Assembly: GCA_964202465.1 (NCBI GenBank)
Contig: CAXNIQ010000001.1
Coordinates: 1-40,356 of the forward strand
Direction of reading: 5' to 3'
Source: Ilumatobacteraceae bacterium
GTDB lineage: Bacteria > Actinomycetota > Acidimicrobiia > Acidimicrobiales > Ilumatobacteraceae
DNA length: 40,356 bases
Shown: positions 15,830-25,908 of the stretch, one piece after another
Layout of the letters: every line of letters begins with the position of its first letter
Position numbering within the stretch: the first letter of the stretch is position 1
The notes under the pieces: generated by a model
Told to the model about the DNA's origin: nothing
The model's database searches: none
What the model saw: only the letters and a program-made list of their open reading frames with translations
Translations under genes and position numbers: made by a program

Positions 15830-17179
15830 ATGACACTTGAAGCAACTAAGACCCAGGCATATCTCGACGACCGCGCGCATGTGTTTCACTCGTGGTCGGC
15901 GCAAGGAACACTGAACCCAGTAGAGATCTCAGGTGGTCTCGGCAGTTACTTTTGGGACTCAACGGGCAAAAAGTATCTCGATTTTTCGAGCCAGCTCGTC
16001 AATCTCAATATTGGCCACCAACATCCAAAACTCATTGCCGCAATTCAAGAACAAGCCGGCAAGTTGTGCACGGTTGCCCCACCTTTTGCAAACGATGCTC
16101 GCTCTGAAGCTGCACGATTAATTACCGAGCTTGCTCCAGGCGATCTCAATATGGTGTTTTTCACCAACGGCGGTGCAGAAGCCGTAGAGAACGCAGTTCG
16201 CATGGCGCGCTTGCACACCGGCCGTCAGAAAGTGATGTCGACATACCGTTCATACCACGGTTCAACGTCAACAGCTATTGCCATGACGGGTGATCCGCGC
16301 CGCTGGCCAAACGAGACAGGCACAGCGGGCATCGTCAAATTTTGGGGACCCTATGCATACCGCTCTGCTTTTCATTCGTCGAACGAAAAAGAAGAGTGCC
16401 AGCGCGCGTTACAGCACCTCGAAGACACACTCATGGTCGAAGGTCCACATACCATCGCCATGATCGCTCTCGAAACTGTTGTCGGCACCAACGGCATCCT
16501 TGTTCCACCAGACGGCTACCTACAAGGCGTGCGCGATATCTGCAATCGCTACGGCATCATGATGTTGTGCGACGAAGTGATGGCCGGTTTCGGTCGTTGT
16601 GGCGAGTGGTTCGCAATCAACAAATGGAACGTTGTTCCCGACTTGATCACCTTCGCAAAAGGCGTCAACTCTGGTTACCTTCCACTCGGTGGTGTCGTCA
16701 TCAGCCAGAAGATTGCTGACACATTCAAAGATCGTGTATACCCAGGTGGTCTCACCTACAGCGGTCATCCACTTGCGTGCGCATCGGCAGTTGCTTCAAT
16801 CAACATCTTCAAAGAAGAAAAGATTGTCGAGAATGCCAAAAATATCGGCGCAACGGTCATCGGACCAGAACTCGAAAAATTAAAGGCCAAGCACCCGTCA
16901 ATCGGCGAAGTTCGCGGACTCGGTGTGTTTTGGGCAATTGAATTGGTGCGCAATCGTGAAACGCGTGAGCCACTCGTGCCGTTTAATGCTGCCGGAGCTG
17001 ATGCCAAACCGATGCTCGACATCGCTGCTGCTTGCAAAAAAGAAGGGCTCTGGCCATTCACGCACTTCAACCGTATGCACATTGTGCCGCCGTGCACAGT
17101 GAGTGCCGACGAAGTGCGCGAGGGTATCGCAATTATCGATCAAGCACTCGATATCGCCGACTCGTTTTGCAAAAACTAA
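15830..17179 (+). CDS. Class III PLP-dependent aminotransferase (omega-amino acid:pyruvate type); substrate unknown
   Basis: 449 aa. Motifs: FTNGGAEAVENA, CDEVMAGFGRCGEWF, and the PLP-Lys region ITFAKGVNSGYLPLG. Confidence 0.8.
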   Translation: MTLEATKTQAYLDDRAHVFHSWSAQGTLNPVEISGGLGSYFWDSTGKKYLDFSSQLVNLNIGHQHPKLIAAIQEQAGKLCTVAPPFANDARSEAARLITELAPGDLNMVFFTNGGAEAVENAVRMARLHTGRQKVMSTYRSYHGSTSTAIAMTGDPRRWPNETGTAGIVKFWGPYAYRSAFHSSNEKEECQRALQHLEDTLMVEGPHTIAMIALETVVGTNGILVPPDGYLQGVRDICNRYGIMMLCDEVMAGFGRCGEWFAINKWNVVPDLITFAKGVNSGYLPLGGVVISQKIADTFKDRVYPGGLTYSGHPLACASAVASINIFKEEKIVENAKNIGATVIGPELEKLKAKHPSIGEVRGLGVFWAIELVRNRETREPLVPFNAAGADAKPMLDIAAACKKEGLWPFTHFNRMHIVPPCTVSADEVREGIAIIDQALDIADSFCKN

Positions 17180-17210
17180 CTAATAATTACTAACAACAAT
17201 CACTTTCTGA

Positions 17211-18188
17211 CTAGAGCGTTGCAGTAATACGCACGTTGCCAACAGGCTTGCCGTGACCATATATCGTTGAATCAAAGGCCTGTGGATCAACATTTGATGT
17301 GTCAATACCAAGCGCATCTAGTGCAAACTTCATCATTGGCGGACGCGCACGATTTGCTCCGTCAGCGATCTTGAGCGCAACTGCTCGCCCATCAGGCATC
17401 GCAACCGCAAACACTCCCTCTGCGCCATCTTTGCCGAGCAGACCTGGCACACCTTGCATCAGCAATGTGACATCGCGATTTGGTCCACCCACCATGAGCG
17501 GATGACTGCGCATCGCATGCGCGACTTTGCCCGGCGCGCTCGTCGGATCCGACATCACTACCGTTCGAAACACTCTCGCAAGACCAGTGAGCGACATGGC
17601 GTGCGCAGGTGATCCACAGCCGTCGATGCCGATAAAGGCCGCATCTTCTCCGCTGAGCTCTGGCACCATCTGGGTAATGCGTTGTTGCAACGGATGCGAC
17701 TCGCTCAAATAACTTTCGTCATGCGACCAGCCGTTGTGTACGCACGTGGCCAGCATGCCAGAGTGCTTGCCAGAACAGTTCATTTGCAACTTGGTCTTTA
17801 CTCCGCCACCACGCACAACATCGGCAGCAGCATCGTCATCAAGCGGAAAATCCTTGGTGTTGCCAAGGTCGTCATCGGTCAAACCTGCAGACGCCAAAAT
17901 CTCGCGGGCAGCGGCAAGATGAGTTGGTGATCCGTCGTGGCTTGCGCACACGAGCGCAAGTAGTCGCGGTGGCAAATCGAGTCCGCTTGCCACCATGGCT
18001 GTGGCCTGAATCGGCTTTGTAGACGACCGCGGATACACAATTGTTGCTGGGTCGCCAAAAGCAAACTCGACCGACCCGTCGCGAGCGAGTGCAACAACTG
18101 CCCCATAGTGCATCGACTCGTCGTGACCATTGCGCGTGGTAACGCCCAATTGTACAAACGCATTATCAAGCGGAGAACGCTGGTTCAT
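17211..18188 (-). CDS. L-asparaginase II family protein (Rhizobium-etli-type, class 3)
   Basis: 325 aa. It has the YPRSSTKPIQA Ser-x-x-Lys region, CSGKHSGMLA and IDGCGSP, which fit the Asparaginase_II family. Its start overlaps the upstream gene's stop (ATGA). Confidence 0.7.
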   Translation of the reverse strand: MNQRSPLDNAFVQLGVTTRNGHDESMHYGAVVALARDGSVEFAFGDPATIVYPRSSTKPIQATAMVASGLDLPPRLLALVCASHDGSPTHLAAAREILASAGLTDDDLGNTKDFPLDDDAAADVVRGGGVKTKLQMNCSGKHSGMLATCVHNGWSHDESYLSESHPLQQRITQMVPELSGEDAAFIGIDGCGSPAHAMSLTGLARVFRTVVMSDPTSAPGKVAHAMRSHPLMVGGPNRDVTLLMQGVPGLLGKDGAEGVFAVAMPDGRAVALKIADGANRARPPMMKFALDALGIDTSNVDPQAFDSTIYGHGKPVGNVRITATL

Positions 18189-19117
18189 GCTTCGAGAGCA
18201 TCCATCAGCATCGACATAAATACATCGTGTCTGGCGCTTGTCACTACGAGCGCATTTGGCAGCTCGTGCAGCACACCAAGTGTGTCCATCACGACCATTC
18301 CCTCCGTTGTTGGCGAATGAGTTTCGACAACGAGATGCATCTCGCGCACCTCATCGGCAACGCCTGCGTTGATGGCGTATGCAATCGCAATCGGATCGGG
18401 CAAGTCAAAACCTGCAAGGTGTGTTTCGTTTTCACAAAACTTTTCCAGCACTCGTTGAATGTCAATAGTAAATGTTGCAAACGGCGTGTTCATTGCTCGC
18501 AGCATTGCCGACTCTGCTTGAGTAATCACAGCAAACTTGCGCGAGATGTCCCAGCCCACAAACTCAAGGTTCATCCCAGAATGCAACACCACTTTTACGG
18601 CTTCTGGATCGACCCACATATTGAACTCGGCCACTGGCGTGACGTTTCCAATGTGATCAGCAACTGCGCCCATCACTACACATCGCTTGATTTTGTTGGC
18701 AATTGTTGGATCTCTTTGCAGTGCGAGAGCGATATTGGTTAATGGTCCGAGCGTGACGAGTTCAAGCACTCCGTCAAACTCATGTGCCGACTTGATCAAC
18801 TCGTCAACTGCGTCACCAACATCTGGCTGTCGACCTTTGAGATCAAGACCGATATCCCCCATGCCATCGATGCCGTGCACGAACTGCGCGGTGCGCAGTT
18901 CTCGTGAGAGGGGCTGGCTCGCACCGGCATAAATTGGCGTCTTCGACCCACATAACTCGCGTGTATATAAGGCATTCTGCACACCCATCTCAAGCGGCAC
19001 GTTGCCAGCAACGACCCCAATTCCAACGACCTCTATGTCCGAGTGGCGAAGTGCGATGATCAGAGCAACAGCATCATCACTTGCAGTGTCAGTGTCGATA
19101 AAAAATTTTCTCTTCAT
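18185..19117 (-). CDS. Inosine/uridine-preferring nucleoside hydrolase family
   Basis: 310 aa. N-terminal aspartate cluster FIDTDTASDDAVALIIAL (DxDxxxDD). Confidence 0.85.
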   Translation of the reverse strand: MKRKFFIDTDTASDDAVALIIALRHSDIEVVGIGVVAGNVPLEMGVQNALYTRELCGSKTPIYAGASQPLSRELRTAQFVHGIDGMGDIGLDLKGRQPDVGDAVDELIKSAHEFDGVLELVTLGPLTNIALALQRDPTIANKIKRCVVMGAVADHIGNVTPVAEFNMWVDPEAVKVVLHSGMNLEFVGWDISRKFAVITQAESAMLRAMNTPFATFTIDIQRVLEKFCENETHLAGFDLPDPIAIAYAINAGVADEVREMHLVVETHSPTTEGMVVMDTLGVLHELPNALVVTSARHDVFMSMLMDALEA

Positions 19118-19161
19118 AGATCAACCGTAACATTTCGCGTCGCCACACTACGCTCACATGT

Positions 19162-19839
19162 ATGCGCATGCAGCCACGCATCAAGCTACATATCAAGCCA
19201 CACATCAACCAAGCCTTTTTGGTAGTAGCAATATTCGCAATTGCCACGCTCCTCACTCCTACACAGAGTTTGGTTGCAGATGACGAAACTCCGCCGCACT
19301 ATGTTTTTCCATTTTCTAAAGTTGCAGTCAACTACCCACGCGACCACATTGATTACCCGGCTGTCGACGTAGAGGGTTGTTACGCACACGTCCTTGCCCC
19401 AACCTCTGGCGTGATTTCACAGACTCGAAAAATTGACACATGGACAAAGGCAGCAGATACCCCTGGCACGCGAGGTGGCAAAACCATAACCCTTCTCGGC
19501 GACGACAACGTGCGCTACTACTTTGCCCACCTCGGCAGAGTCAAAGTTGTAACTGGTCAATATGTCGGTGCTGGCGACTGGATCGGTGTGATGGGTGCGT
19601 CTGGCAACGCCAGTATTACTAGGTGCCATACACATGTTGGAATATCGCGAACCTGCACACTTGCCGAGGTCTTTTTATTGCAGGGTGAAATTTGGCCCCA
19701 AAAATATTTGGATGCGTGGCGCGAAGGAAATCAGTTGTCCCCGACTAAAGAAAAAAATGCAATCGTCAAGCGAGATCCGTTAGGTTGCACGCGCTCACGA
19801 GCCGACACCCAAGCCGCGCTTGCCCAAAAAGCTGGGTAA
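19162..19839 (+). CDS. Secreted M23-family metallopeptidase
   Basis: 225 aa. Hydrophobic N-terminus AFLVVAIFAIATLL. M23-like blocks: DHIDYPAVDV, YYFAHLGRVKV, GVMGASGNA, CHTHVGI (HxH). Confidence 0.7.
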   Translation: MRMQPRIKLHIKPHINQAFLVVAIFAIATLLTPTQSLVADDETPPHYVFPFSKVAVNYPRDHIDYPAVDVEGCYAHVLAPTSGVISQTRKIDTWTKAADTPGTRGGKTITLLGDDNVRYYFAHLGRVKVVTGQYVGAGDWIGVMGASGNASITRCHTHVGISRTCTLAEVFLLQGEIWPQKYLDAWREGNQLSPTKEKNAIVKRDPLGCTRSRADTQAALAQKAG

Positions 19840-19866
19840 GGGTTACAACAACTCGTTCACTAGATC

Positions 19867-19883
19867 AGGTCTAGATCAGACCT
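19867..19883. terminator. Short hairpin between the convergent M23 peptidase and mdh genes
   Basis: aggtct (19867-19872) / agacct (19878-19883) with a 5-nt loop. It overlaps the mdh stop codon. There is no U tract, so it is weak. Confidence 0.25.
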
Positions 19884-20869
19884 AGTTCATGAACAGCATC
19901 ACGCTCTTCAATCAACTCGGCAACCGACGCATCAATACGTGCGCGACTGAATGCATCGATGTCAAGACCTTGCACGATCTTGTACTCACCGTTCTCACAA
20001 ACACAGGGAAACGACGACATCACGCCCTGCGGCACGCCGTAACTGCCGTCTGACGGCACCGACATGGAAACCCAGTCGCCTGTGGGCGTGCCCAATACCC
20101 ACGAACGTATGTGGTCTACTGCGGCATTTGCTGCACTTGCTGCCGACGACGACCCACGAGCCTTAATCACTGCTGCGCCACGCTTGGCAACGGTTGGAAT
20201 ATACGTTTCTTCTATCCACGCCTGGTCATTGACCAACTGTGCAGCATTTTTGCCGTCTACTTCACAATGAAACAAATCTGGGTACTGCGTTGTCGAGTGA
20301 TTGCCCCAGATCGTCATCTTCTTAATAGATGAAACAGGTCGTCCTACGCGCTGTGCAAGTTGGCTCATTGCACGATTGTGGTCGAGACGCGTCATGGCAG
20401 TGAATTGACGTGGGTCAATGTCTTTTGCGTTGTGCATGGCAATTGCCGCGTTGGTGTTTGCAGGGTTGCCCACAACCAAAACCTTGATGTTCTTCTTAGC
20501 ATTTGCGCTAATTGCAGCGCCCTGTGGCTTAAAGATCCCGCCATTTGCGGAAAGTAGGTCGCTGCGCTCCATGCCGTCTTTGCGGGGCATCGCGCCAACG
20601 AGCAATGCAATATCGGTATCACCGAAAGCGACATTTGGGTCGTCGGTCATCACTACGTCTACAAGATTTGGAAATGCGCAGTCGTCCAACTCCATTTTTA
20701 CGCCACCAAGTGCACCGAGTGCTGGAGTAACTTCAAGCAATTGCAAAATTACTGGGGTGTCTGGGCCAAGCATCGCGCCAGAAGCAATTCGAAACAACAG
20801 GCTGTATCCAATTTGCCCTGCTGCTCCGGTAATTGTTACACGTACTGGTGATATTGCTGAGGATGTCAT
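19871..20869 (-). CDS. mdh: Malate dehydrogenase (LDH-like, cytosolic type)
   Basis: 332 aa. NAD-binding motif [21 protein letters not shown], plus [10 protein letters not shown] and [11 protein letters not shown]. Confidence 0.92.
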   Translation of the reverse strand: MTSSAISPVRVTITGAAGQIGYSLLFRIASGAMLGPDTPVILQLLEVTPALGALGGVKMELDDCAFPNLVDVVMTDDPNVAFGDTDIALLVGAMPRKDGMERSDLLSANGGIFKPQGAAISANAKKNIKVLVVGNPANTNAAIAMHNAKDIDPRQFTAMTRLDHNRAMSQLAQRVGRPVSSIKKMTIWGNHSTTQYPDLFHCEVDGKNAAQLVNDQAWIEETYIPTVAKRGAAVIKARGSSSAASAANAAVDHIRSWVLGTPTGDWVSMSVPSDGSYGVPQGVMSSFPCVCENGEYKIVQGLDIDAFSRARIDASVAELIEERDAVHELGLI

Positions 20870-20879
20870 AACTTAAACA

Positions 20880-22829
20880 CTACTTTCCAATTGCTTGCAT
20901 GATGAGGTCGGCATAGACGACCTGACCTTCTGGGTTGAGGTGAATTTTGTCTCCGTACAAGTATTCGGGATGAGCCTCGGCAACGGTGTACCAGTCAAGG
21001 ATCTTCACATTTCCGTATTTGTCTGGCATCGCGCGCATCAATGCATTGTTTGGATCTTGCCATTTCTTGCTTGGCACGTGGTTTGTTACAAACACAACAG
21101 TGTCTATGTCGGCCAATGGAACCATGATGTCGTCCAGCGTTTTTTGATCAACATAATTATTGGTGCCTAGGTGAATAATCACAATTTCGCCAAGTCGATT
21201 GACCGACTTGAGGTAGTTGCAGATCTCAAGAGCTTGACGAAACGGCCTGCTCTTGAGTGCGTCAACCGTGATTCCGCGTTCGGTGAGCACGTTTGCAGCA
21301 CCGAGCATCACCGAGTCGCCAATGGCAATGATCTCGATGACCTGTCCGTCGAGTGTTGTTGTCGATGGCGAAGGCACAACGGTGTCTAGTACGCCGCTTG
21401 CATCCGGCAGAGTAGTTGCGCCGGACAACGTAGTTACCGTCGAAAGGGCAACTGTTGTGCTCGTCAACACGTTGACAACACCACTTTCACCATCTGCAAG
21501 GCTCTGACCAATTTCGTCCAGTTTGACTCGCGCAGTTGCAAGACTCACCAAAGCGAAAATCGGCACCACCGCCACGACTACACCGATCGCAATGATTCCC
21601 TGTCGCTTGTCTCTATCTGAATCCAGCCGCGGGTGACGAAACTTGTCCCACCCTTCACGCAATCTGCCTGTGCGTACCGGCATCTCAACGAATCGATACG
21701 AAACCTCGGTGAAAACAAGGGCAAGTGTAAAAAGCAATGCAAATTCAATTGCATTGAGCGCCCTGCCAGCAAACTGTCGATAAAACTGAAAAATCGGCCA
21801 GTGAAAGAGATACAAACCGTATGACCTCTGTCCGACATACACGAGTAGCGGGTTGCCGAGCACTCGCCGTGCGAGCAGTGTGTGCGGATGCACTGCAGCA
21901 GCGATGATGGCGATACTTGCGAGCCCGACTAAAAGAAATCCACCCTGGAACAACGGCGCATAGCCACTCGATCCACCGTCGACTCCCCCTTCAACCACAT
22001 CATGAAATTTCCACAGCATGGCACCAAGTCCGGCAACACCCAGCCAGCCGACAATCGACACAACATGGCGTTCCGATGTGGGGTGGTCGTGATGAAACAT
22101 TGACGGCTTCCACCAAAAAGCGAGTGCCGACCCAATGAGCAACCCACCCGAACGCCCGAGCGTTCCTAAAAACAAAAAGTCAACTTTGGAAACTGTATGA
22201 CCAAAAAGCGAGAGGTAATGATCTGGGGTCTCAAGCACTGAGCCACTCGCGCCAGGTTCAAAAGTTTTCGCAACATACACAGATACCGCAATCGATGCAA
22301 CAAAGAACATTGTCCCGAGCAGCATGGGCCTGCGTCCAAAAATCTTGAGCACGACGGCAATCAGCACTGGCCACACTAAATAAAACTGCTCTTCTACAGC
22401 GAGCGACCACAGGTGGCGAAGCGGCACAAACCCGAAAGCACTGAAGTATGACGTGCCAACCCAGATTTGAAACCAATTGAAGCCATACACAAACGCGGCC
22501 ACCACATCTCCACGCAGATTGCCAAGGGTGTCGCGCTCGAACAACGCGCAATATGTCGTTACACCAACGAGCAGAGTCCACAACGCAGGCAACAACCTGC
22601 GAGCACGACGCATCCAAAACCCTTTGAAATCAATTTTCCCATGTTGTTCTGATTCATTGATCAGGAGCGTCGTGATCAAATACCCGCTGATAACAAAAAA
22701 CACTTCAACACCAAGAAAACCGCCGCTCACCCAACCCTTATTGGCGTGATACAGAATCACGGCGATGACCGCGACTGCGCGCAGACCGTCGAGGCCTGGC
22801 AGATATTGTAAAGATTGAGGGCGATTCAT
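20880..22829 (-). CDS. Membrane acyltransferase-3 (OafA/YrhL-like) with a C-terminal SGNH domain
   Basis: 649 aa. The N-terminus LPGLDGLRAVAVIAVILYH is followed by about 10 transmembrane segments and a Thr/Ser linker. SGNH blocks: IIAIGDSVMLGA, IIHLGTNN, DKIHLNPEG. Confidence 0.85.
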   Translation of the reverse strand: MNRPQSLQYLPGLDGLRAVAVIAVILYHANKGWVSGGFLGVEVFFVISGYLITTLLINESEQHGKIDFKGFWMRRARRLLPALWTLLVGVTTYCALFERDTLGNLRGDVVAAFVYGFNWFQIWVGTSYFSAFGFVPLRHLWSLAVEEQFYLVWPVLIAVVLKIFGRRPMLLGTMFFVASIAVSVYVAKTFEPGASGSVLETPDHYLSLFGHTVSKVDFLFLGTLGRSGGLLIGSALAFWWKPSMFHHDHPTSERHVVSIVGWLGVAGLGAMLWKFHDVVEGGVDGGSSGYAPLFQGGFLLVGLASIAIIAAAVHPHTLLARRVLGNPLLVYVGQRSYGLYLFHWPIFQFYRQFAGRALNAIEFALLFTLALVFTEVSYRFVEMPVRTGRLREGWDKFRHPRLDSDRDKRQGIIAIGVVVAVVPIFALVSLATARVKLDEIGQSLADGESGVVNVLTSTTVALSTVTTLSGATTLPDASGVLDTVVPSPSTTTLDGQVIEIIAIGDSVMLGAANVLTERGITVDALKSRPFRQALEICNYLKSVNRLGEIVIIHLGTNNYVDQKTLDDIMVPLADIDTVVFVTNHVPSKKWQDPNNALMRAMPDKYGNVKILDWYTVAEAHPEYLYGDKIHLNPEGQVVYADLIMQAIGK

Positions 22830-23735
22830 CTATTTAGAGCGTAACGACTGAACAATTTCTGCCATCAAGATGCCGGCCTCAGTTGGGTTCAAGCCAATTT
22901 GCACACCTGCGGCGCGCAATGCGTCCATCTTGCCCTGGGCTGTGCCCTTGCCACCCGACACGATGGCCCCAGCATGACCCATCTTTTTGCCAGCGGGTGC
23001 AGTAACACCGGCGATGTATGCACTCATCGGTTTGGTCACGTGATTGGTAATAAATTCGGCAGCCTCTTCTTCAGCCGATCCACCAATCTCGCCAATCATG
23101 ATGATCGCATGGGTCTCTGGGTCGGCTTGAAACTGTGCAAGACAATCAACAAAGGAAGTACCTGGCACTGGGTCGCCACCAATACCAACGCATGTGCTCA
23201 CACCAATGCCCTGTTGCTTGAGTTCATATAGCGCTTGATAAGTCAGCGTGCCAGAGCGCGAAACAATTCCGACGTTTGGTCCGCTTGCACTTGGAAGTTG
23301 CGCAATCTCACCAGCAGTAATACCGATGTTGCACTTACCTGGGCTGATGATGCCTGGGCAATTTGGGCCGAGCAATCGCGTGGCGGGATAATCGCGTTGC
23401 AACGTTGCAAATACGCGCGCTTCGTCTTGTGCTGGTACTCCCTCGGTGATGCACACAACAAAACCAATTCCGGCACGGGCTGCTTCAAGAATCGCTGCTG
23501 GTGCAGCCTTTGGCGGCACTGCAATAAACGATGCGTTTGCACCTGTTGCTTTGACAGCATCGGCGACCGAGTCAAAAACTGGAATCCCTTCCACATCCTG
23601 ACCAGCTTTTCCCGGCGTCACTCCGCCTACAACTTGCGTGCCATATGCCCTATTGCGCAGTCCATGGAAACGCCCTTGGCCGCCTGTTAGCCCCTGCACG
23701 ATCACCTTGGTGTTTTGGTCTACAAAAATTGCCAT
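22830..23735 (-). CDS. sucD: Succinate--CoA ligase subunit alpha
   Basis: 301 aa. Motifs: [23 protein letters not shown], and the phosphohistidine loop [15 protein letters not shown]. Confidence 0.95.
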   Translation of the reverse strand: MAIFVDQNTKVIVQGLTGGQGRFHGLRNRAYGTQVVGGVTPGKAGQDVEGIPVFDSVADAVKATGANASFIAVPPKAAPAAILEAARAGIGFVVCITEGVPAQDEARVFATLQRDYPATRLLGPNCPGIISPGKCNIGITAGEIAQLPSASGPNVGIVSRSGTLTYQALYELKQQGIGVSTCVGIGGDPVPGTSFVDCLAQFQADPETHAIIMIGEIGGSAEEEAAEFITNHVTKPMSAYIAGVTAPAGKKMGHAGAIVSGGKGTAQGKMDALRAAGVQIGLNPTEAGILMAEIVQSLRSK

Positions 23736-23746
23736 GATTCGTTCTC

Positions 23747-24892
23747 CTACTTGGCCATCTCGACAGCGGCGCGAGCGGCTTCGAGCATGGTTGGTCGACT
23801 GGTGAGTTGTGATTCGGGAATTCCCGCATCAGCAAGAATCTTTCGACCCTCGTCGGCATTTGTGCCATCTAGACGAATAACAATCGGTGCCCGCAGCGCA
23901 ACACGCTTGACTGCTTCAACGATTCCCTTTGCTACTTCTTCGCCGCGGGTGATTCCGCCAAAAATATTGATCAAAATGCTCTTGACCTTGGGATCAGAGT
24001 TGATCACTTCAAGCGCTGCCGTCATCAACTCGGCATTTGCACCACCGCCAATGTCGAGAAAGTTTGCGGCCGAGCCACCAACCTGATTAACAACGTCGAG
24101 TGTGCTCATTGCTAGGCCTGCTCCGTTAGCAATAATGCCAACAGTGCCATCGAGACCGATGTACTGCAGGTTTTTTTCGCGAGCAAGTTGTTCACGCGCG
24201 TCCAACTCTTCGGTCGCTGCATATTCTGCCCACTCAGGATGCCTAAACGACGCATTGACATCGAGTGACACTTTGGCATCGAGTGCGTGAATCTCGCCTG
24301 TTGGCTTCAAGATCAGCGGGTTGATCTCTGCCAAGTCACAGTCGCCTTGTGTGAAGCAGTTGTACAACTTGACGAGCATCTCGGCTACGCCATCCAGTGC
24401 TTTGGCAGGAATTTTGGCATCGACACACGCACGATGCGCAATTGCAAGCGACAATCCATCAATCGGATTGATATGCAACTTAACAATTGCTGTTGGATCT
24501 TTGGCCGCAACATCTTCGATCTCGACACCACCCTGTGCACTCAGCATCAACAAGTGCTGTTTTGCTGCGCGGTCTAGCGTGAATGACGCGTAATACTCCT
24601 CGGCAATATCTGATGCGTGTTCAACCCAAACGCGCTTGACCACGTGCCCCTTGATGTCCATGCCCAAAATGTTTCCGGCATGCAGACGCACTTCGGCTTC
24701 GTCGTTAGCCAATTTGATGCCGCCTGCTTTGCCGCGACCGCCAACTTGTACTTGCGCTTTCACAACAACTGGGTACTGTGCAGTCACTGCAACCGCAACT
24801 GCTTCTTCAACAGTCGTTGCTACCCCACCTGCAGACACCGGAATGTTGTACTTGGCAAAATATTGTTTGCCCTGGTATTCGAAAAGGTCCAT
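23747..24892 (-). CDS. sucC: Succinate--CoA ligase subunit beta (ADP-forming)
   Basis: 381 aa. [19 protein letters not shown], an ATP-grasp domain, and [16 protein letters not shown]. Confidence 0.95.
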   Translation of the reverse strand: MDLFEYQGKQYFAKYNIPVSAGGVATTVEEAVAVAVTAQYPVVVKAQVQVGGRGKAGGIKLANDEAEVRLHAGNILGMDIKGHVVKRVWVEHASDIAEEYYASFTLDRAAKQHLLMLSAQGGVEIEDVAAKDPTAIVKLHINPIDGLSLAIAHRACVDAKIPAKALDGVAEMLVKLYNCFTQGDCDLAEINPLILKPTGEIHALDAKVSLDVNASFRHPEWAEYAATEELDAREQLAREKNLQYIGLDGTVGIIANGAGLAMSTLDVVNQVGGSAANFLDIGGGANAELMTAALEVINSDPKVKSILINIFGGITRGEEVAKGIVEAVKRVALRAPIVIRLDGTNADEGRKILADAGIPESQLTSRPTMLEAARAAVEMAK

Positions 24893-24934
24893 TGCTCTAC
24901 TTTCGTTTATTCTGGTGTTTGTTATTTTTGGCGT

Positions 24935-25339
24935 TTAGTGTTCTCGAGCATCGAGCGTTTGCTCAAGCCATGTTGCAATCTCTTTGAGTGAAGTTCCTGG
25001 CCCAAATATTTCGCCAACACCCTGACTGCGCAACTCGCTCGCATCGGCATCAGGAATCACTCCTCCGCCAAAAACGAGCACGTCTCCAAGATCGCGTGCG
25101 CGCAACTCTTCCATCACTCGAGGAAACAGGGTGAGGTGCGCTCCCGACAACAGCGACAACCCAACGGCATCCACATCTTCTTGCAATGCAGTCTCGGCAA
25201 TCTGCTCTGGCAATTGGTGCAACCCCGTATAGATGACTTCAAATCCATGGTCACGAAGGGCGCGCGTGATCGTCTTGGCGCCACGATCATGGCCATCCAG
25301 GCCTGGCTTGGCCACAACAACTCGGTAAGGACGTTTCAC
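24935..25339 (-). CDS. Stand-alone cobalamin-binding domain protein (methylmalonyl-/acyl-CoA mutase small subunit type)
   Basis: 134 aa. [33 protein letters not shown] carries the DxHxxG B12-binding signature, followed by [10 protein letters not shown]. Confidence 0.85.
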   Translation of the reverse strand: MKRPYRVVVAKPGLDGHDRGAKTITRALRDHGFEVIYTGLHQLPEQIAETALQEDVDAVGLSLLSGAHLTLFPRVMEELRARDLGDVLVFGGGVIPDADASELRSQGVGEIFGPGTSLKEIATWLEQTLDAREH

Positions 25340-25401
25340 GACTACAGAACCTTACGCCCTCGACAGTGATCGATTCCAACCCGCAAAACGGCTGATACCA
25401 C

Positions 25402-25899
25402 TTGCCAATCGGCCACACTAGAAGCATGGAAATTCGCCTGCGCTCCCCACTCGCTCGTGCGGTTCTGCCAATCGCAGGAGGGCTGCTCTTTTTTGCCGTT
25501 CTCTTTGGCGTGACTTGGCTGATGGCGACATTTGCCACAGAGCGCAGTGAGCGCCAGGTCGTGCAGGGAGCCCGAACATTTGTCGTTGGTCAGGTAACCG
25601 ACGTCGCCGAGTCGATAGCCAAAAGTGGCCCAATTCTGTATCCCGACTTGCGAGATGTCAATGGCAAACGCTCCATCGTCATCGAGCACTACGGCACCGA
25701 CCCGCTCAAGGGCTGGCAGGTGTACTACGCATACCCTGCCGACAAGAGTGCCGATTGTTTAGTGGCGCAGATTAAGCAGTCGCATTTGTTTACAGATTGC
25801 GATGGCCGAACCTTGCAGACCGATCAATTGCAACGACCCAGTGATGTCACACCGATTGTTGAAGCCCAAACAACATTGTTGATCGACTTGCAAGGCTGA
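25402..25899 (+). CDS. Hypothetical membrane-anchored protein
   Basis: 165-aa ORF; the alternative ATG at 25426 gives MEIRLRSPL.... It has one N-terminal transmembrane segment (VLPIAGGLLFFAVLFGVTWLMATF). I recognise no family. Confidence 0.5.
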   Translation: MPIGHTRSMEIRLRSPLARAVLPIAGGLLFFAVLFGVTWLMATFATERSERQVVQGARTFVVGQVTDVAESIAKSGPILYPDLRDVNGKRSIVIEHYGTDPLKGWQVYYAYPADKSADCLVAQIKQSHLFTDCDGRTLQTDQLQRPSDVTPIVEAQTTLLIDLQG

Positions 25900-25908
25900 A
25901 ATTGCGGA

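Noticed and set aside
19851-19890. Direct repeat ctagatcag(gt)ctagatcag and the GTTCATGAAC palindrome at the mdh 3' end
   Set aside because: They are short and largely inside the last mdh codons. They are best explained as part of a weak inter-convergent-gene hairpin, so only the 6-bp stem is listed, as a low-confidence feature.
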